Assembly: GCA_021824625.1 (NCBI GenBank) | Contig: JAKAKE010000186.1 | Span: 3,995 to 67,994 of the forward strand | Length of the DNA: 64,000 nucleotides | Reading direction: 5' to 3' | Source of the DNA: Bacteroidota bacterium | Lineage (GTDB): Bacteria > Bacteroidota > Ignavibacteria > Kapaibacteriales > UBA2268 | Part shown: positions 1 through 9,366 of the stretch, in pieces | Layout: every line of letters starts with the position of its first letter | How positions within the stretch are numbered: position 1 is the first letter of the stretch | Made by a program: the position numbers and the translations under genes | The notes under the pieces: model-generated | What the model was told of the DNA's origin: nothing | Database searches by the model: none | What the model saw: only the letters and a program-made list of their open reading frames with translations

Positions 1-2
1 CT

Positions 3-209
3 ACACTTGCGATGAAGGAAAATGATTATGCTACTAATATACTACTTCAGTGGTTCATCACAGAGCAGGTCGAAGAAGAAGCTACAGTAACTGAAATAGT
101 AGAGAGGCTGAAGCTTGCAGGAGATTCCAAAAGCAGTTTGTTTATGCTCGACAGCGAACTGAAAACGAGGGTATTTGTGCCTCCTGTTGCTGCGGGAGCG
201 CAAGCGTAA
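3..209 (+). CDS. Ferritin, C-terminal fragment (5' part lies upstream of the window)
   Basis: The frame is open from the window edge. [27 protein letters not shown]...LDSELKTR resembles the C-terminal helices of bacterial FtnA-type ferritins (QW..EQ.EEE...I...L.LAG pattern, from memory). Confidence 0.8.
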   Translation, partial: TLAMKENDYATNILLQWFITEQVEEEATVTEIVERLKLAGDSKSSLFMLDSELKTRVFVPPVAAGAQA

Positions 210-227
210 TTAATTATTAATTATCTT

Positions 228-287
228 TCACCCTGAACGAAGTCGAAGGTCTCCCTTCCTTGAGGAAGGGACGGGGTAGGTGTAAAA
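228..287. repeat. REP-like intergenic element block (TCACCCTGAACGAAGTCGAAGGTCTC module + CCCTTCC-TTGA-GGAAGGG hairpin + GGGTAGGTGTA tail)
   Basis: Perfect 7-bp stem hairpin at 253-270. The hairpin + tail recurs at 38282-38314. Confidence 0.7.
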
Positions 288-324
288 GCACATTTATTTG
301 TTTAATATTTATTATATTTGAGAT

Positions 325-654
325 ATGAAAGTTGATATAATAAATCAGGAGAAAATAACTGAAGTAATAAACAGGATTATTATAGGATTTAATCCTGATA
401 AAATTATATTATTTGGCTCTTATGCTACCGGAAAGCCAAATGAAAACAGTGACCTTGATTTTCTTGTTATTAAAAATTCTGAATTAACAAGACCTGAAAG
501 AGCAAATGAGGTTCGAAGACTTTTATATGGCATGAAAGTTCCAATGGATATATTAGTATATACACCTTCTGAAATCGAAGAATCAATTAATATAAATTAC
601 AGTTTTGTCAATGAAGTCTTCAAAACGGGGAAAACTGTTTATGAGCGAAACTAA
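325..654 (+). CDS. Minimal nucleotidyltransferase (Pol-beta superfamily, MNT-type), no intact HEPN partner adjacent
   Basis: Motif ILFGSYATGKPNENSDLDFLVI (G-S-x10-DxD). Confidence 0.8.
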   Translation: MKVDIINQEKITEVINRIIIGFNPDKIILFGSYATGKPNENSDLDFLVIKNSELTRPERANEVRRLLYGMKVPMDILVYTPSEIEESININYSFVNEVFKTGKTVYERN

Positions 655-673
655 ATAATTACTCATACCCTAT

Positions 674-1432
674 GTGACCACACTAATCCTAAAAATAGAA
701 TATGACGGGACGAATTATGGCGGATGGCAGATTCAGCCTAATGCTCCTTCGATTCAGGAAGAGATTGAAAAAGTACTGACTGGATTGGTCGGAAGCAAAA
801 TTGGTATTGTCGGTGCAGGAAGGACTGATGCGGGTGTACATGCAAGGGGACAGGTGGCTCATGCAAAACTTGGAACAAAATTTCCTGTTCCTGAAAAAAA
901 GATTCCTTATGTACTTAGTTCAAAATTACCAGATGATATTAGAATTGTTGATGCAAAAATCGTTGACTATGATTTTCATGCAAGATTTGATGCAATCGCA
1001 AGAGAATATTCTTATACGATTACTTCGCAAAATTCAGTGTTCAACAGACTCTTTTCGACATTAATAAATTATAAACTTGATTTCAATAAGTTGAAAAAAT
1101 CTGCTGATATTTTTATTGGGAAACATGACTTCACAACTTTTTCCAAATATAATCCTGATACTAAGAGTTATATCTGTGAAGTGAAAAAATGTCAATGGAA
1201 AGAAATATCAGATGGCACATGGAAACTGCAAATACGCGCTGACAGATTTGTTTATGGTATGGTCAGAAGTGTAGTCGGTGCCGTGATTGATATTGCAAGA
1301 GGGAAGAGAACTATAAAAGAAGTAAAATATGCATTAAAGGATTGCGACCGTAAAAAAGTCAGTCCTTTAGCACCTGCAAATGGTCTGGTTCTTGAAAAAA
1401 TATTTTATCCGAAAAAACTTCATATTTTTTAA
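674..1432 (+). CDS. truA: tRNA pseudouridine(38-40) synthase TruA
   Basis: GTG start. IEYDGTNYGGWQIQPN...GAGRTDAGVHARGQVAH catalytic-Asp motif. Typical length of 252 aa. Confidence 0.9.
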   Translation: MTTLILKIEYDGTNYGGWQIQPNAPSIQEEIEKVLTGLVGSKIGIVGAGRTDAGVHARGQVAHAKLGTKFPVPEKKIPYVLSSKLPDDIRIVDAKIVDYDFHARFDAIAREYSYTITSQNSVFNRLFSTLINYKLDFNKLKKSADIFIGKHDFTTFSKYNPDTKSYICEVKKCQWKEISDGTWKLQIRADRFVYGMVRSVVGAVIDIARGKRTIKEVKYALKDCDRKKVSPLAPANGLVLEKIFYPKKLHIF

Positions 1433-1506
1433 GATAATTGCTTTCTTTATTGTCATTTATTATTTTAGTATAAAAAACGACATCATTAGTAATAGATTTT
1501 TTACAA

Positions 1507-2340
1507 ATGTTAGACATTTACACATACTTACGAAAAATTAAAATATTAATCCTTATAGGATTAATGTCGTTTTCATTTTACGGATGTGATGATTTTAATC
1601 CACTCGATTTCAACGCTTTTTCTGTTCAGGATGATGTGGAAATTGGCAGACAGCTTGACTGGCAGATAAAAAGTAATCCTCTAGAATATCCGTTACTAAA
1701 TCAACAATCAGCTATTGATTATGTTCAGAATATAGTCAATCAGATTATTCAATCACCCGTAATTGAATATAGGGGTGTGTTTGTTTATCAGGTAAAAATA
1801 ATCAGAAAAGATAATGTTGTCAACGCTTTTGCGGTACCCGGAGGATATTTATATATATATACCGGATTGCTGAAGTTTGTTGATAATGAGGCTACACTTG
1901 CCGGTATTCTTGCACACGAAGTCGCACATGCCGAAAGGCGGCACAGCACAAAACGTATGACTAAAGCTTATGGTGTTCAGTTTCTACTTGATTTAATTCT
2001 TGGAAGTAATCCTGACCAATATGCAGAACTTGCGGCAAATTTGTTTGCAGGTCTCGCGTTGCTTAAGAACAGCCGTGATGACGAGTATGAAGCTGACGAA
2101 TATTCTTTTAAATATCTGCAATCTTCAATTTGGTATCCCGGTGCTATGAAATATTTCTTTCAAAAGGTCAGTGATAATTCAACAGGAAGCTTTCTTGAGG
2201 AATTGCTCTCGACTCATCCATTGAACGAAAACAGAATTGCCGTTTATGAGCAGTTAATTGCAAATGCTCAATTGGGTCAGCCTGATGAGAATAACCTTTT
2301 TTCGCAGAGGTATCTTCAATTTAAAAATACACTGCCATAA
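1507..2340 (+). CDS. M48-family zinc metallopeptidase lipoprotein (YcaL/LoiP-like), paralogue 1
   Basis: Lipobox-like SFYGC. NAFAVPGGYLYIYTGLL...LAHEVAHAERRH (HExxH). Confidence 0.85.
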   Translation: MLDIYTYLRKIKILILIGLMSFSFYGCDDFNPLDFNAFSVQDDVEIGRQLDWQIKSNPLEYPLLNQQSAIDYVQNIVNQIIQSPVIEYRGVFVYQVKIIRKDNVVNAFAVPGGYLYIYTGLLKFVDNEATLAGILAHEVAHAERRHSTKRMTKAYGVQFLLDLILGSNPDQYAELAANLFAGLALLKNSRDDEYEADEYSFKYLQSSIWYPGAMKYFFQKVSDNSTGSFLEELLSTHPLNENRIAVYEQLIANAQLGQPDENNLFSQRYLQFKNTLP

Positions 2341-2602
2341 TTCAATTCTTTTTTGTAAATTTATATTACTTATTTCCTGTTACGCTAATGGATATTATTA
2401 TTTAAACGGTAAAATATTTAATTTATAATTTAAAATTTATAATGAATTTTTAATTATTAATTATTAAATTTACAAACAAAGAATATAAAGTTGAGATTTG
2501 ATTAAATAGCAGGGAGCATATTGTTCTATTTTAATAATTTTAAATTTTGTTCTTAAATATTCATTGAAAATTGGAAATTGAAAATTTTAAATTAATAGTA
2601 TA

Positions 2603-3418
2603 ATGAGAATATTAAAAAATATATATAAAAAGCTCTTTATTCTTGTGATAATAATTTTCATTGCAGGAATGATGAATAGCTGTGTTGATTTCAACATATA
2701 TCCACCCAGCGAAGATATAAAGCTTGGTAAGAATCTTGATTCGGAAATCAGGAGAAATACAAACGAATATCCCATTTATAATAAGCCCGGTGTGAAAAGT
2801 TATGTCCAGGGGATTGTAAATGATATAATCCGTTCACCAAAGATGGAATACAGGGGACAATTTGCTTATACTGTCGAAATTATTAAGAGAGATGATATTG
2901 TAAATGCCTTCTGCGCCCCCGGAGGTTATATTTATGTTTATACAGGTTTATTAAAATTCATTGACAATGAGGCTACTCTTGCAGGAATACTTGCCCATGA
3001 AATAGCTCATGCTGAAAGAAGACACGCCACTCAAAGAATATCGAAAGCTTATGGAATGCAGCTTCTTTCTGATGCTGCATTCGGCGAGAAAAAAAATAAA
3101 TATGAAGAACTTGGCTCGAATATGTTCAAAGGCCTGTCCCTGCTTAATAACAGCCGCGAAGATGAGTACGAAGCTGATGAGTATTCATTTAAATATTTAC
3201 AATCAACCAAGTGGTATCCCGGTTCAATTAAATTCTTTTTCGACAAAATCAAAAATTCAGTTCAGGATAATGACCTCAAGGTAGTGCTTTCAACTCACCC
3301 GCTTCCGCAGGACAGGTATGACAAAGTGATTGAAATGCTGAAGAAAGCAAACACTCCGCCGCCCAACGAAAAAAACACTCAATATAGAAAATATCTTCTA
3401 TTTAAAAATAATCTATAA
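2603..3418 (+). CDS. M48-family zinc metallopeptidase lipoprotein, paralogue 2
   Basis: Lipobox-like MMNSC. NAFCAPGGYIYVYTGLL...LAHEIAHAERRH. Collinear with the upstream paralogue. Confidence 0.85.
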   Translation: MRILKNIYKKLFILVIIIFIAGMMNSCVDFNIYPPSEDIKLGKNLDSEIRRNTNEYPIYNKPGVKSYVQGIVNDIIRSPKMEYRGQFAYTVEIIKRDDIVNAFCAPGGYIYVYTGLLKFIDNEATLAGILAHEIAHAERRHATQRISKAYGMQLLSDAAFGEKKNKYEELGSNMFKGLSLLNNSREDEYEADEYSFKYLQSTKWYPGSIKFFFDKIKNSVQDNDLKVVLSTHPLPQDRYDKVIEMLKKANTPPPNEKNTQYRKYLLFKNNL

Positions 3419-3510
3419 ACATTAATATAAATATTGATTTAAAATGCAGTGGAGAAAATAACCAAGTGTAAAATAAATTTAAAATAACATTTATATTTTA
3501 ATTTAAAATT

Positions 3511-4299
3511 ATGGATACTTTTGAAAAGTTAAAGAAAGCTCAATCGAAAAACTCTTCTATCTTGTGTGTGGGTCTTGATGTTGATTTAACTAAAGTTCCC
3601 CAGCAATTCAAATCTGTTCCTGACGGATTATTGGAATTTAACGAAGCTATAATTCATTCCACTAAAGATTTTGTATGTGCTTATAAATTAAACTTTGCAT
3701 TTTATGAACAATATGGAATCGAAGGATATGAACTGCTGAAAAAAACCTTTGAATTAATTCCTGAAAATATTGTCTCGATAGCAGATGCCAAACGATGTGA
3801 CATTGGTAATACAATGACGGGTTATGCCAAATCAATTTTTGATTATTTTAATGCCGATGCCGTAACCATAAATCCTTATCTCGGGAAAGATTCATTAGAC
3901 CCGTTTTTTACCTATAAGAAGAAGATGGTTTTTCTTCTGACTTTGACTTCCAATCCCGGTTCTGCAAATTTCCAAAGACTCGAATCCGGAGGTATTCCAT
4001 TGTATAAACATATAATAAAGCAATCTCTGAACTGGGCTGATAAAAGCAATCTTGCTTATGTAATAGGTGCTACTCAGCCTGATGATATTGACAAGTTAAG
4101 AGCTTTGGCACCCAATAACTTTTTCTTAATACCCGGAATCGGAGCCCAGGGAGGCAGTGTGGAGGCCGTAGTAAAGGCTAATGCAAATGGTCCTGCTATT
4201 ATTAATGTGTCGAGAGCTGTTATTTATGCTTCCAAAGAAAAAGACTTTGCCGAAAAAGCGAGAGAAAAAGCAATTAAATATAAATTATCGTTTATGTAA
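3511..4299 (+). CDS. pyrF: Orotidine 5'-phosphate decarboxylase (type 2)
   Basis: ILCVGLDVD...DAKRCDIGNT...IPGIGAQGG motifs. 262 aa. Confidence 0.9.
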   Translation: MDTFEKLKKAQSKNSSILCVGLDVDLTKVPQQFKSVPDGLLEFNEAIIHSTKDFVCAYKLNFAFYEQYGIEGYELLKKTFELIPENIVSIADAKRCDIGNTMTGYAKSIFDYFNADAVTINPYLGKDSLDPFFTYKKKMVFLLTLTSNPGSANFQRLESGGIPLYKHIIKQSLNWADKSNLAYVIGATQPDDIDKLRALAPNNFFLIPGIGAQGGSVEAVVKANANGPAIINVSRAVIYASKEKDFAEKAREKAIKYKLSFM

Positions 4300-4341
4300 T
4301 GTTGTGTCAAGTATAACACCTGACACAGTTTGAATTGAATA

Positions 4342-4528
4342 GATGTCATGCTGAATTTAGTTCAGCATCCACAGCCTTTATCATGTCTGGATTGATTCCT
4401 GACACTGTAGTATGTTGGATGTCATGCTGAATTTAGTTCAGCATCCACAGCCTTTATCATGTCTGGATTGATTCCTGACACTGTAGTATGTTGGATGTCA
4501 GCTGAATTCATTTCAGCATCCATAGCGT
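4342..4528. repeat. Tandem repeat, 76-bp unit, 2 full copies + about 35 bp partial
   Basis: Copies start at 4342, 4418 and 4494. Each opens with the hairpin ATGCTGAA-TTTAG-TTCAGCAT. Confidence 0.9.
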
Positions 4529-4580
4529 AATTTATAAGTAATTTTAATTTCCTATTCCTGGATTCTGAACCAAGTTCAGA

Positions 4581-5642
4581 ATGACATTATTAATTAAAAA
4601 AATAATAAAGTATCCTATGAAAAATTCATCTTCAATGAATGAAAAGAAACTGCAAACCGGAGTTCACAGATTACTTTCCGACCCGTCTAAGATTTACTCA
4701 ACTGCGAGCGGGAAAAGACTTCAGGTGCTTTCACCCGGAAGACTAAATGTCCATGAGGGTCCTGATTTTATTGATATTGCATTACTTTTGCAAGGCAATG
4801 TTATTGTTGCAGACGCAGAATTTCATGTGAAAAGTTCGGAGTGGAACGCTCATAATCATAGTAGCGATGACAATTATAAATCGGTGGTTCTGCATATCGT
4901 TTTCGAGGATGATGTTAAACTTTCATTTCCTTTTGAAACTTTAATAATGAATCGCGATGAAGTTTTAAATGCTTCAGACGATATTTCTTTTGAAATTAAT
5001 ATTCCAGATGTTTTTCCAATCGAAGAGCTTCAGCAGTTTGCATTAATAAGGCTTCTGAGAAAGACATCGGAAGCCAAAAAATATGTGAATCAGCACGGGC
5101 TTGATTCGGGTTTCCAAATGCTTGCCGGTGAGTTTTTGAATAAGTATTTTAACAGTCGAAAAAGGCCTGTTTATACTTCCGAGAGACTTGAACAGATTCT
5201 GCAAATTCTTCCATCTTCACATGTTTTTCAAATCATTAAACAGTTATCTGAAGGTACAGAACTACACATACCGGATATGATGCAAATGTTAATCAAAACA
5301 AAAATCACTGATGAGGGAGCACATTTGAGGAGGGAGCTTGTGTTCAATTCTGTTCTGCCACTTGCTCTATGCCTTGCAAATGAGGAAAGCCGCATTAATT
5401 TATTCCTTTGGTACTGGTCAACTCCGGCACTGCACAGTTATGGAATACTTAAACGAAGATTTAAGGATTTTCCTCAGAATTTCATCTGGCAGCAGCAGGG
5501 AATGTTGGAATACATAAGGAACTACGGAAGTAAGACAATTGTCATATCAGATGTCATAAAAGATTATGGTTTTGCCGAAGTGCTGGATTTCTATTATCTT
5601 GGTGGAAGTCCGTATAAGAAATATCCGTTTGAGGAGAATTAA
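4581..5642 (+). CDS. DUF2851-family protein (the true start is probably ATG 4617 or 4635)
   Basis: GPDFIDIAL...AEFHVKSSEWNAHNHSSDDNYKSVVLHIV matches my memory of the DUF2851 signature. The ATG at 4581 lies inside a REP-like hairpin (4558-4586). Confidence 0.6.
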   Translation: MTLLIKKIIKYPMKNSSSMNEKKLQTGVHRLLSDPSKIYSTASGKRLQVLSPGRLNVHEGPDFIDIALLLQGNVIVADAEFHVKSSEWNAHNHSSDDNYKSVVLHIVFEDDVKLSFPFETLIMNRDEVLNASDDISFEINIPDVFPIEELQQFALIRLLRKTSEAKKYVNQHGLDSGFQMLAGEFLNKYFNSRKRPVYTSERLEQILQILPSSHVFQIIKQLSEGTELHIPDMMQMLIKTKITDEGAHLRRELVFNSVLPLALCLANEESRINLFLWYWSTPALHSYGILKRRFKDFPQNFIWQQQGMLEYIRNYGSKTIVISDVIKDYGFAEVLDFYYLGGSPYKKYPFEEN

Positions 5643-5679
5643 ATTTAATTACTAATTACTTATTAATAGATGAGGTGTT

Positions 5680-7077
5680 ATGTTTTTTAGAAAAATTATA
5701 TTTATTAAAATATCTCTCCTTTTGATTACATTTTGCAGGTTATTTTCACTTGAAACATCTGACTCTAATAATGTTGTGAATAATTTCAATTTCAAAGTCA
5801 AGGGTAGTTCCATAACACAATTTGGAGCAGAAACACAAAATTATATAATACCAAATTTTCTGGCTTTACCTTCTGATTCATATTATTCAAACATCCGAAA
5901 TAGATTGCCCGATAAACTATTGAGGAATGTGACAGACAATCCACTAATTCACGGAGCTGCATACATAGATTTTAATTTGGGATTTAAGTATCACGGTATT
6001 TCAATTTCAACTAATTTAATTGCTGAGCATCGGGGTATTTCTTATGGTCCATTAAGTACAAAAAGTATGATTGTATTTCCGAAATATAAATTTGCCTTTG
6101 ACACAAGCATTGGTTTATTTGATGATAGGATGAAGGTTGGCGGCTCAATTGGCAATTATGATAATCTGAAACTTTATGAGGGCTTGACTATTTACAATAT
6201 GGATTGCCAGGGTGCTGAATTATATTTGAATTGGAAAAATATAAAATTTCAATTTATCTCTGTTGGCGATTTAGTAAATGGTATTGGTCTAAATCTTGAT
6301 GCTACTCTCGATTGGATATTATCTGTTCACAATTTAAAAATAACTGATAATGTTAATATGGATATTCAATTGGGGTATTTTGAAAATCTGTTGGTATTAC
6401 GTTCAAGAAACAGTGACGGGTTTTATATCTCAGCCAATCTATATAATGAGAAAATTCAAATTTATTCGCAATTTTCTGTCAGGGATTTGAATAATCTGAG
6501 TGATTTGAAATGGCGTTCAGCCTTTCTCATTGGAATTAAATCAAATTTTGAGAATGAGAATATGATAATAGGATTGAAGGGTGAAATACGTTATTATGGG
6601 AGTAATTTTAACAAGGATTATTATGACCATACAGTTAGTTTCAGAAAAATGCCCAAAACGTCAGAAGGTATTAACCCGCGTGAATATAGTTATAATAATA
6701 CAATAGGAGATAATCTGTATCCCTTGTATGCTTATGAACGTCCTTTCAGTCAGTGGGCTGTATATACTGAATATCAGAAGAAGAATGCTCTTGGTTTAGT
6801 TTTTCTTATAAACAGTAAATATTATTTTTATGATAAATTATTTGCTAATGCTGATTTTGATTTGAATTTTATAAGAGCAAGTTATGAACCTGGTTTTTGG
6901 TATCCATTTTATAATATCGGCTTGGGTTGGGAGCCGGTAATAAATAATTTCATTAATTTGAGTTTTACGAATAAAGGGATGAACCTTGATAAACATTATC
7001 CTACTTTTTATTTGTATGATTCTCCAAATATAATGATAAACCTGCATTTCGATTTCGAGTTAATAAAAGGGAAATAA
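5680..7077 (+). CDS. Hypothetical secreted, beta-rich (possibly outer-membrane) protein
   Basis: N-terminal hydrophobic signal-like segment. Y/F/N/G-rich alternating pattern throughout. No motif recognised. Confidence 0.45.
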   Translation: MFFRKIIFIKISLLLITFCRLFSLETSDSNNVVNNFNFKVKGSSITQFGAETQNYIIPNFLALPSDSYYSNIRNRLPDKLLRNVTDNPLIHGAAYIDFNLGFKYHGISISTNLIAEHRGISYGPLSTKSMIVFPKYKFAFDTSIGLFDDRMKVGGSIGNYDNLKLYEGLTIYNMDCQGAELYLNWKNIKFQFISVGDLVNGIGLNLDATLDWILSVHNLKITDNVNMDIQLGYFENLLVLRSRNSDGFYISANLYNEKIQIYSQFSVRDLNNLSDLKWRSAFLIGIKSNFENENMIIGLKGEIRYYGSNFNKDYYDHTVSFRKMPKTSEGINPREYSYNNTIGDNLYPLYAYERPFSQWAVYTEYQKKNALGLVFLINSKYYFYDKLFANADFDLNFIRASYEPGFWYPFYNIGLGWEPVINNFINLSFTNKGMNLDKHYPTFYLYDSPNIMINLHFDFELIKGK

Positions 7078-7079
7078 TA

Positions 7080-7934
7080 ATGAATATGAATCAAAAAAAA
7101 TCAGTCTTTTTATTATACATGATAATTACATTCTCTGCAATAATGATTTCATGTGATATTGATAATGTGCCACTTGAATACCGACCTGAATATGAAATAG
7201 TAAATTTTGATGACCTTCTTTTTTATAAATATTTATACCTAAATGACGGATTAATGAAAGTAACAATTCAAAACCTTCCTGAGTTAAATGATAGTACGTT
7301 TAGTCTGGAATTAGAATCAGCCTTTTTTCAATACCAAAATTATAATCAAATTTTTTATACTGATTCCTTTTATGTTGGTGAAGTAAGAATTGATAATATT
7401 AAATTGAATTATTCAGATACAACAAAACAATACTTTTTTAATGATATTTATGGTAAAAATAGTAATGCTATTCCCGTATTTGGAAAAAATTCTTTATGGA
7501 GCTATGAGGGTAATGAGGAAAAAGGTTTCTATCCTCTTGATACTACAATATATGTTCCTGAAATACTGAAAGTCCAGGGAAATTTTAAGAATTTGGATAC
7601 AATAAGTAGAAATTCCGATTTGGTTTTTAACTGGATCAAAGACAATAATTACACAGGCAAGATAGCAGTTTTGGTTGAAACTTATAATATGCCTGATATA
7701 ATTGATGGTGATACAATATTCTATTACTTTAACCAAAAAATGTGGCATAAAGTTATAGAAGATTCAGGCAGTCTTATAATTCCCAAGGGAACAATCCTTC
7801 AACTTATGGATGTTGGAGGGAAAGTTAAAGTTACATTCGGTCGTGGAATCGAAAATATTATTCAGGTAGGTTATATGAATATATATGTTAGTGCATTTGC
7901 AAAGACAAGTTTTATTTACAATTTAAAAGATTAA
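7080..7934 (+). CDS. Hypothetical lipoprotein
   Basis: Signal + lipobox-like IMISC. Start is 2 bp after the upstream stop, suggesting an operon. Confidence 0.45.
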   Translation: MNMNQKKSVFLLYMIITFSAIMISCDIDNVPLEYRPEYEIVNFDDLLFYKYLYLNDGLMKVTIQNLPELNDSTFSLELESAFFQYQNYNQIFYTDSFYVGEVRIDNIKLNYSDTTKQYFFNDIYGKNSNAIPVFGKNSLWSYEGNEEKGFYPLDTTIYVPEILKVQGNFKNLDTISRNSDLVFNWIKDNNYTGKIAVLVETYNMPDIIDGDTIFYYFNQKMWHKVIEDSGSLIIPKGTILQLMDVGGKVKVTFGRGIENIIQVGYMNIYVSAFAKTSFIYNLKD

Positions 7935-8038
7935 TAAAAATAGGTGAAATTATGAAACCAATTCAATCATTTGTAATTTTCAAAATATTATGAAATATTA
8001 ATTTTAATAAATCGTATTTTACTGAAAAATTGTGAATT

Positions 8039-8278
8039 ATGGAAAAGATTTCAATAGCAGATAACGGAACAGATGTTTTCGTATATATGAACAGGAAGAA
8101 ACTCGGGAATAAATTTGTTGATGAGTTTCTAAAAGAAGTTCAGTTATTCTTCATTGATGATTCTCATATTCCTGAAATAAGCGATGAAGAACAAGCCGAA
8201 TTGGAAAAGATTTTAAATTCGATGACCGATGAAGATAAAAAGCCTGCACTTGTGCGAAAGTTAATAATAGGGAACTAA
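8039..8278 (+). CDS. Hypothetical small acidic protein (79 aa)
   Basis: ORF only. No recognised motif. Confidence 0.3.
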   Translation: MEKISIADNGTDVFVYMNRKKLGNKFVDEFLKEVQLFFIDDSHIPEISDEEQAELEKILNSMTDEDKKPALVRKLIIGN

Positions 8279-8348
8279 TAACAAAAGAAGAACAAATAAA
8301 TCACTGGATTACAACAGCTGAATCAGACCTTGAAAAGGATAAATTTAT

Positions 8349-8666
8349 ATGGCTGAAATCTCTACTGAAATAAAAGAACTTATAAATAAATTCATTTATG
8401 AATTGGAAGCAACAAACATTCATGTTCAAAAAGCTGTGCTGTTCGGTTCTTATGCCAGGGGGACAAATGACAAGTGGAGTGATATTGATATTGCAATTGT
8501 TTCTGATAATTTTATTGGTAACAGATATTATGATAATGAGAAAATCAGAAAAGCTAAATTTGCAACGAGCTTTGAATTAGAACCGCTAACCTACCGTCCT
8601 GAAGAATTTAATGAATCCAATCCATTTGTCCGTGAGATTTTAAGACATGGAATAAGTATTATTTAA
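8349..8666 (+). CDS. Minimal nucleotidyltransferase (MNT-type)
   Basis: VLFGSYARGTNDKWSDIDIAIV motif. Confidence 0.8.
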   Translation: MAEISTEIKELINKFIYELEATNIHVQKAVLFGSYARGTNDKWSDIDIAIVSDNFIGNRYYDNEKIRKAKFATSFELEPLTYRPEEFNESNPFVREILRHGISII

Positions 8667-8703
8667 TTACATGAAAATGTGATTAGAATAATTAGGATAT
8701 AAA

Positions 8704-9324
8704 ATGTTTCTTCCAGAACATATTGAAAAACATTACAAAAAAAATAAAAATCGAATCCGGCAAAGACTTCTTGATTTCAAGCATGTTCCCGAATCGGAGT
8801 ATTTTTATGAATTGTGCTTTTGTCTGTGCACACCTCAATCAAAAGCAGAGAATGCTTTAATAGTTGAAGAGAAATTGAAGAAACTCAACTTTCAAAACAA
8901 GAATATCAATCCGGTAAGAATACTGAATGACAAATCGCATTACATTCGCTTCCATAATCAAAAAGCAAAAAACCTTGTTGATATGAAATCTATTTTCCCT
9001 GATTTTTTTTCCGTTTTGAAATCAGAAATGAAACCGATGGAAAAAAGATTATGGCTGGCTGATAATGTGAAGGGTTTGGGAATGAAGGAAAGTTCACATT
9101 TTCTCAGGAATATCGGTTATCGGAACCTCGCCATACTCGACAGGCACATACTGAAGCATCTTGTAGAGTGTAGAGTTTATAAAGAAATTCCAAAAGTCAG
9201 CAGTGTAGCACGATATCTTGAAGTTGAAAAGGAATTTATTAATTTTTCAAAACAAATTAAAATTCCGATGGATGAATTGGATCTTCTATTCTGGAGTTTT
9301 GAAACTGGGCAAATAATTAAATAA
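8704..9324 (+). CDS. ogg: N-glycosylase/DNA lyase, archaeal-type 8-oxoguanine glycosylase (Ogg2 family)
   Basis: HhH-GPD-type GLGMKESSHFLRNIGYRNLAILDRHILKHL. 206 aa, as in Ogg2 enzymes. Confidence 0.75.
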   Translation: MFLPEHIEKHYKKNKNRIRQRLLDFKHVPESEYFYELCFCLCTPQSKAENALIVEEKLKKLNFQNKNINPVRILNDKSHYIRFHNQKAKNLVDMKSIFPDFFSVLKSEMKPMEKRLWLADNVKGLGMKESSHFLRNIGYRNLAILDRHILKHLVECRVYKEIPKVSSVARYLEVEKEFINFSKQIKIPMDELDLLFWSFETGQIIK

Positions 9325-9349
9325 TTACTAATTACTAATTACTAATTAT
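9325..9349. repeat. Heptamer microsatellite (TTACTAA)n
   Basis: About 3.5 units directly after the ogg stop. It is the inverted counterpart of 9710-9764. Confidence 0.85.
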
Positions 9350-9366
9350 TTTATTATGTTTGTTTT

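Noticed and set aside
801-1064. 87-aa alternative-frame ORF inside truA
   Set aside because: It overlaps truA on the same strand in another frame. The truA frame carries the conserved motifs.
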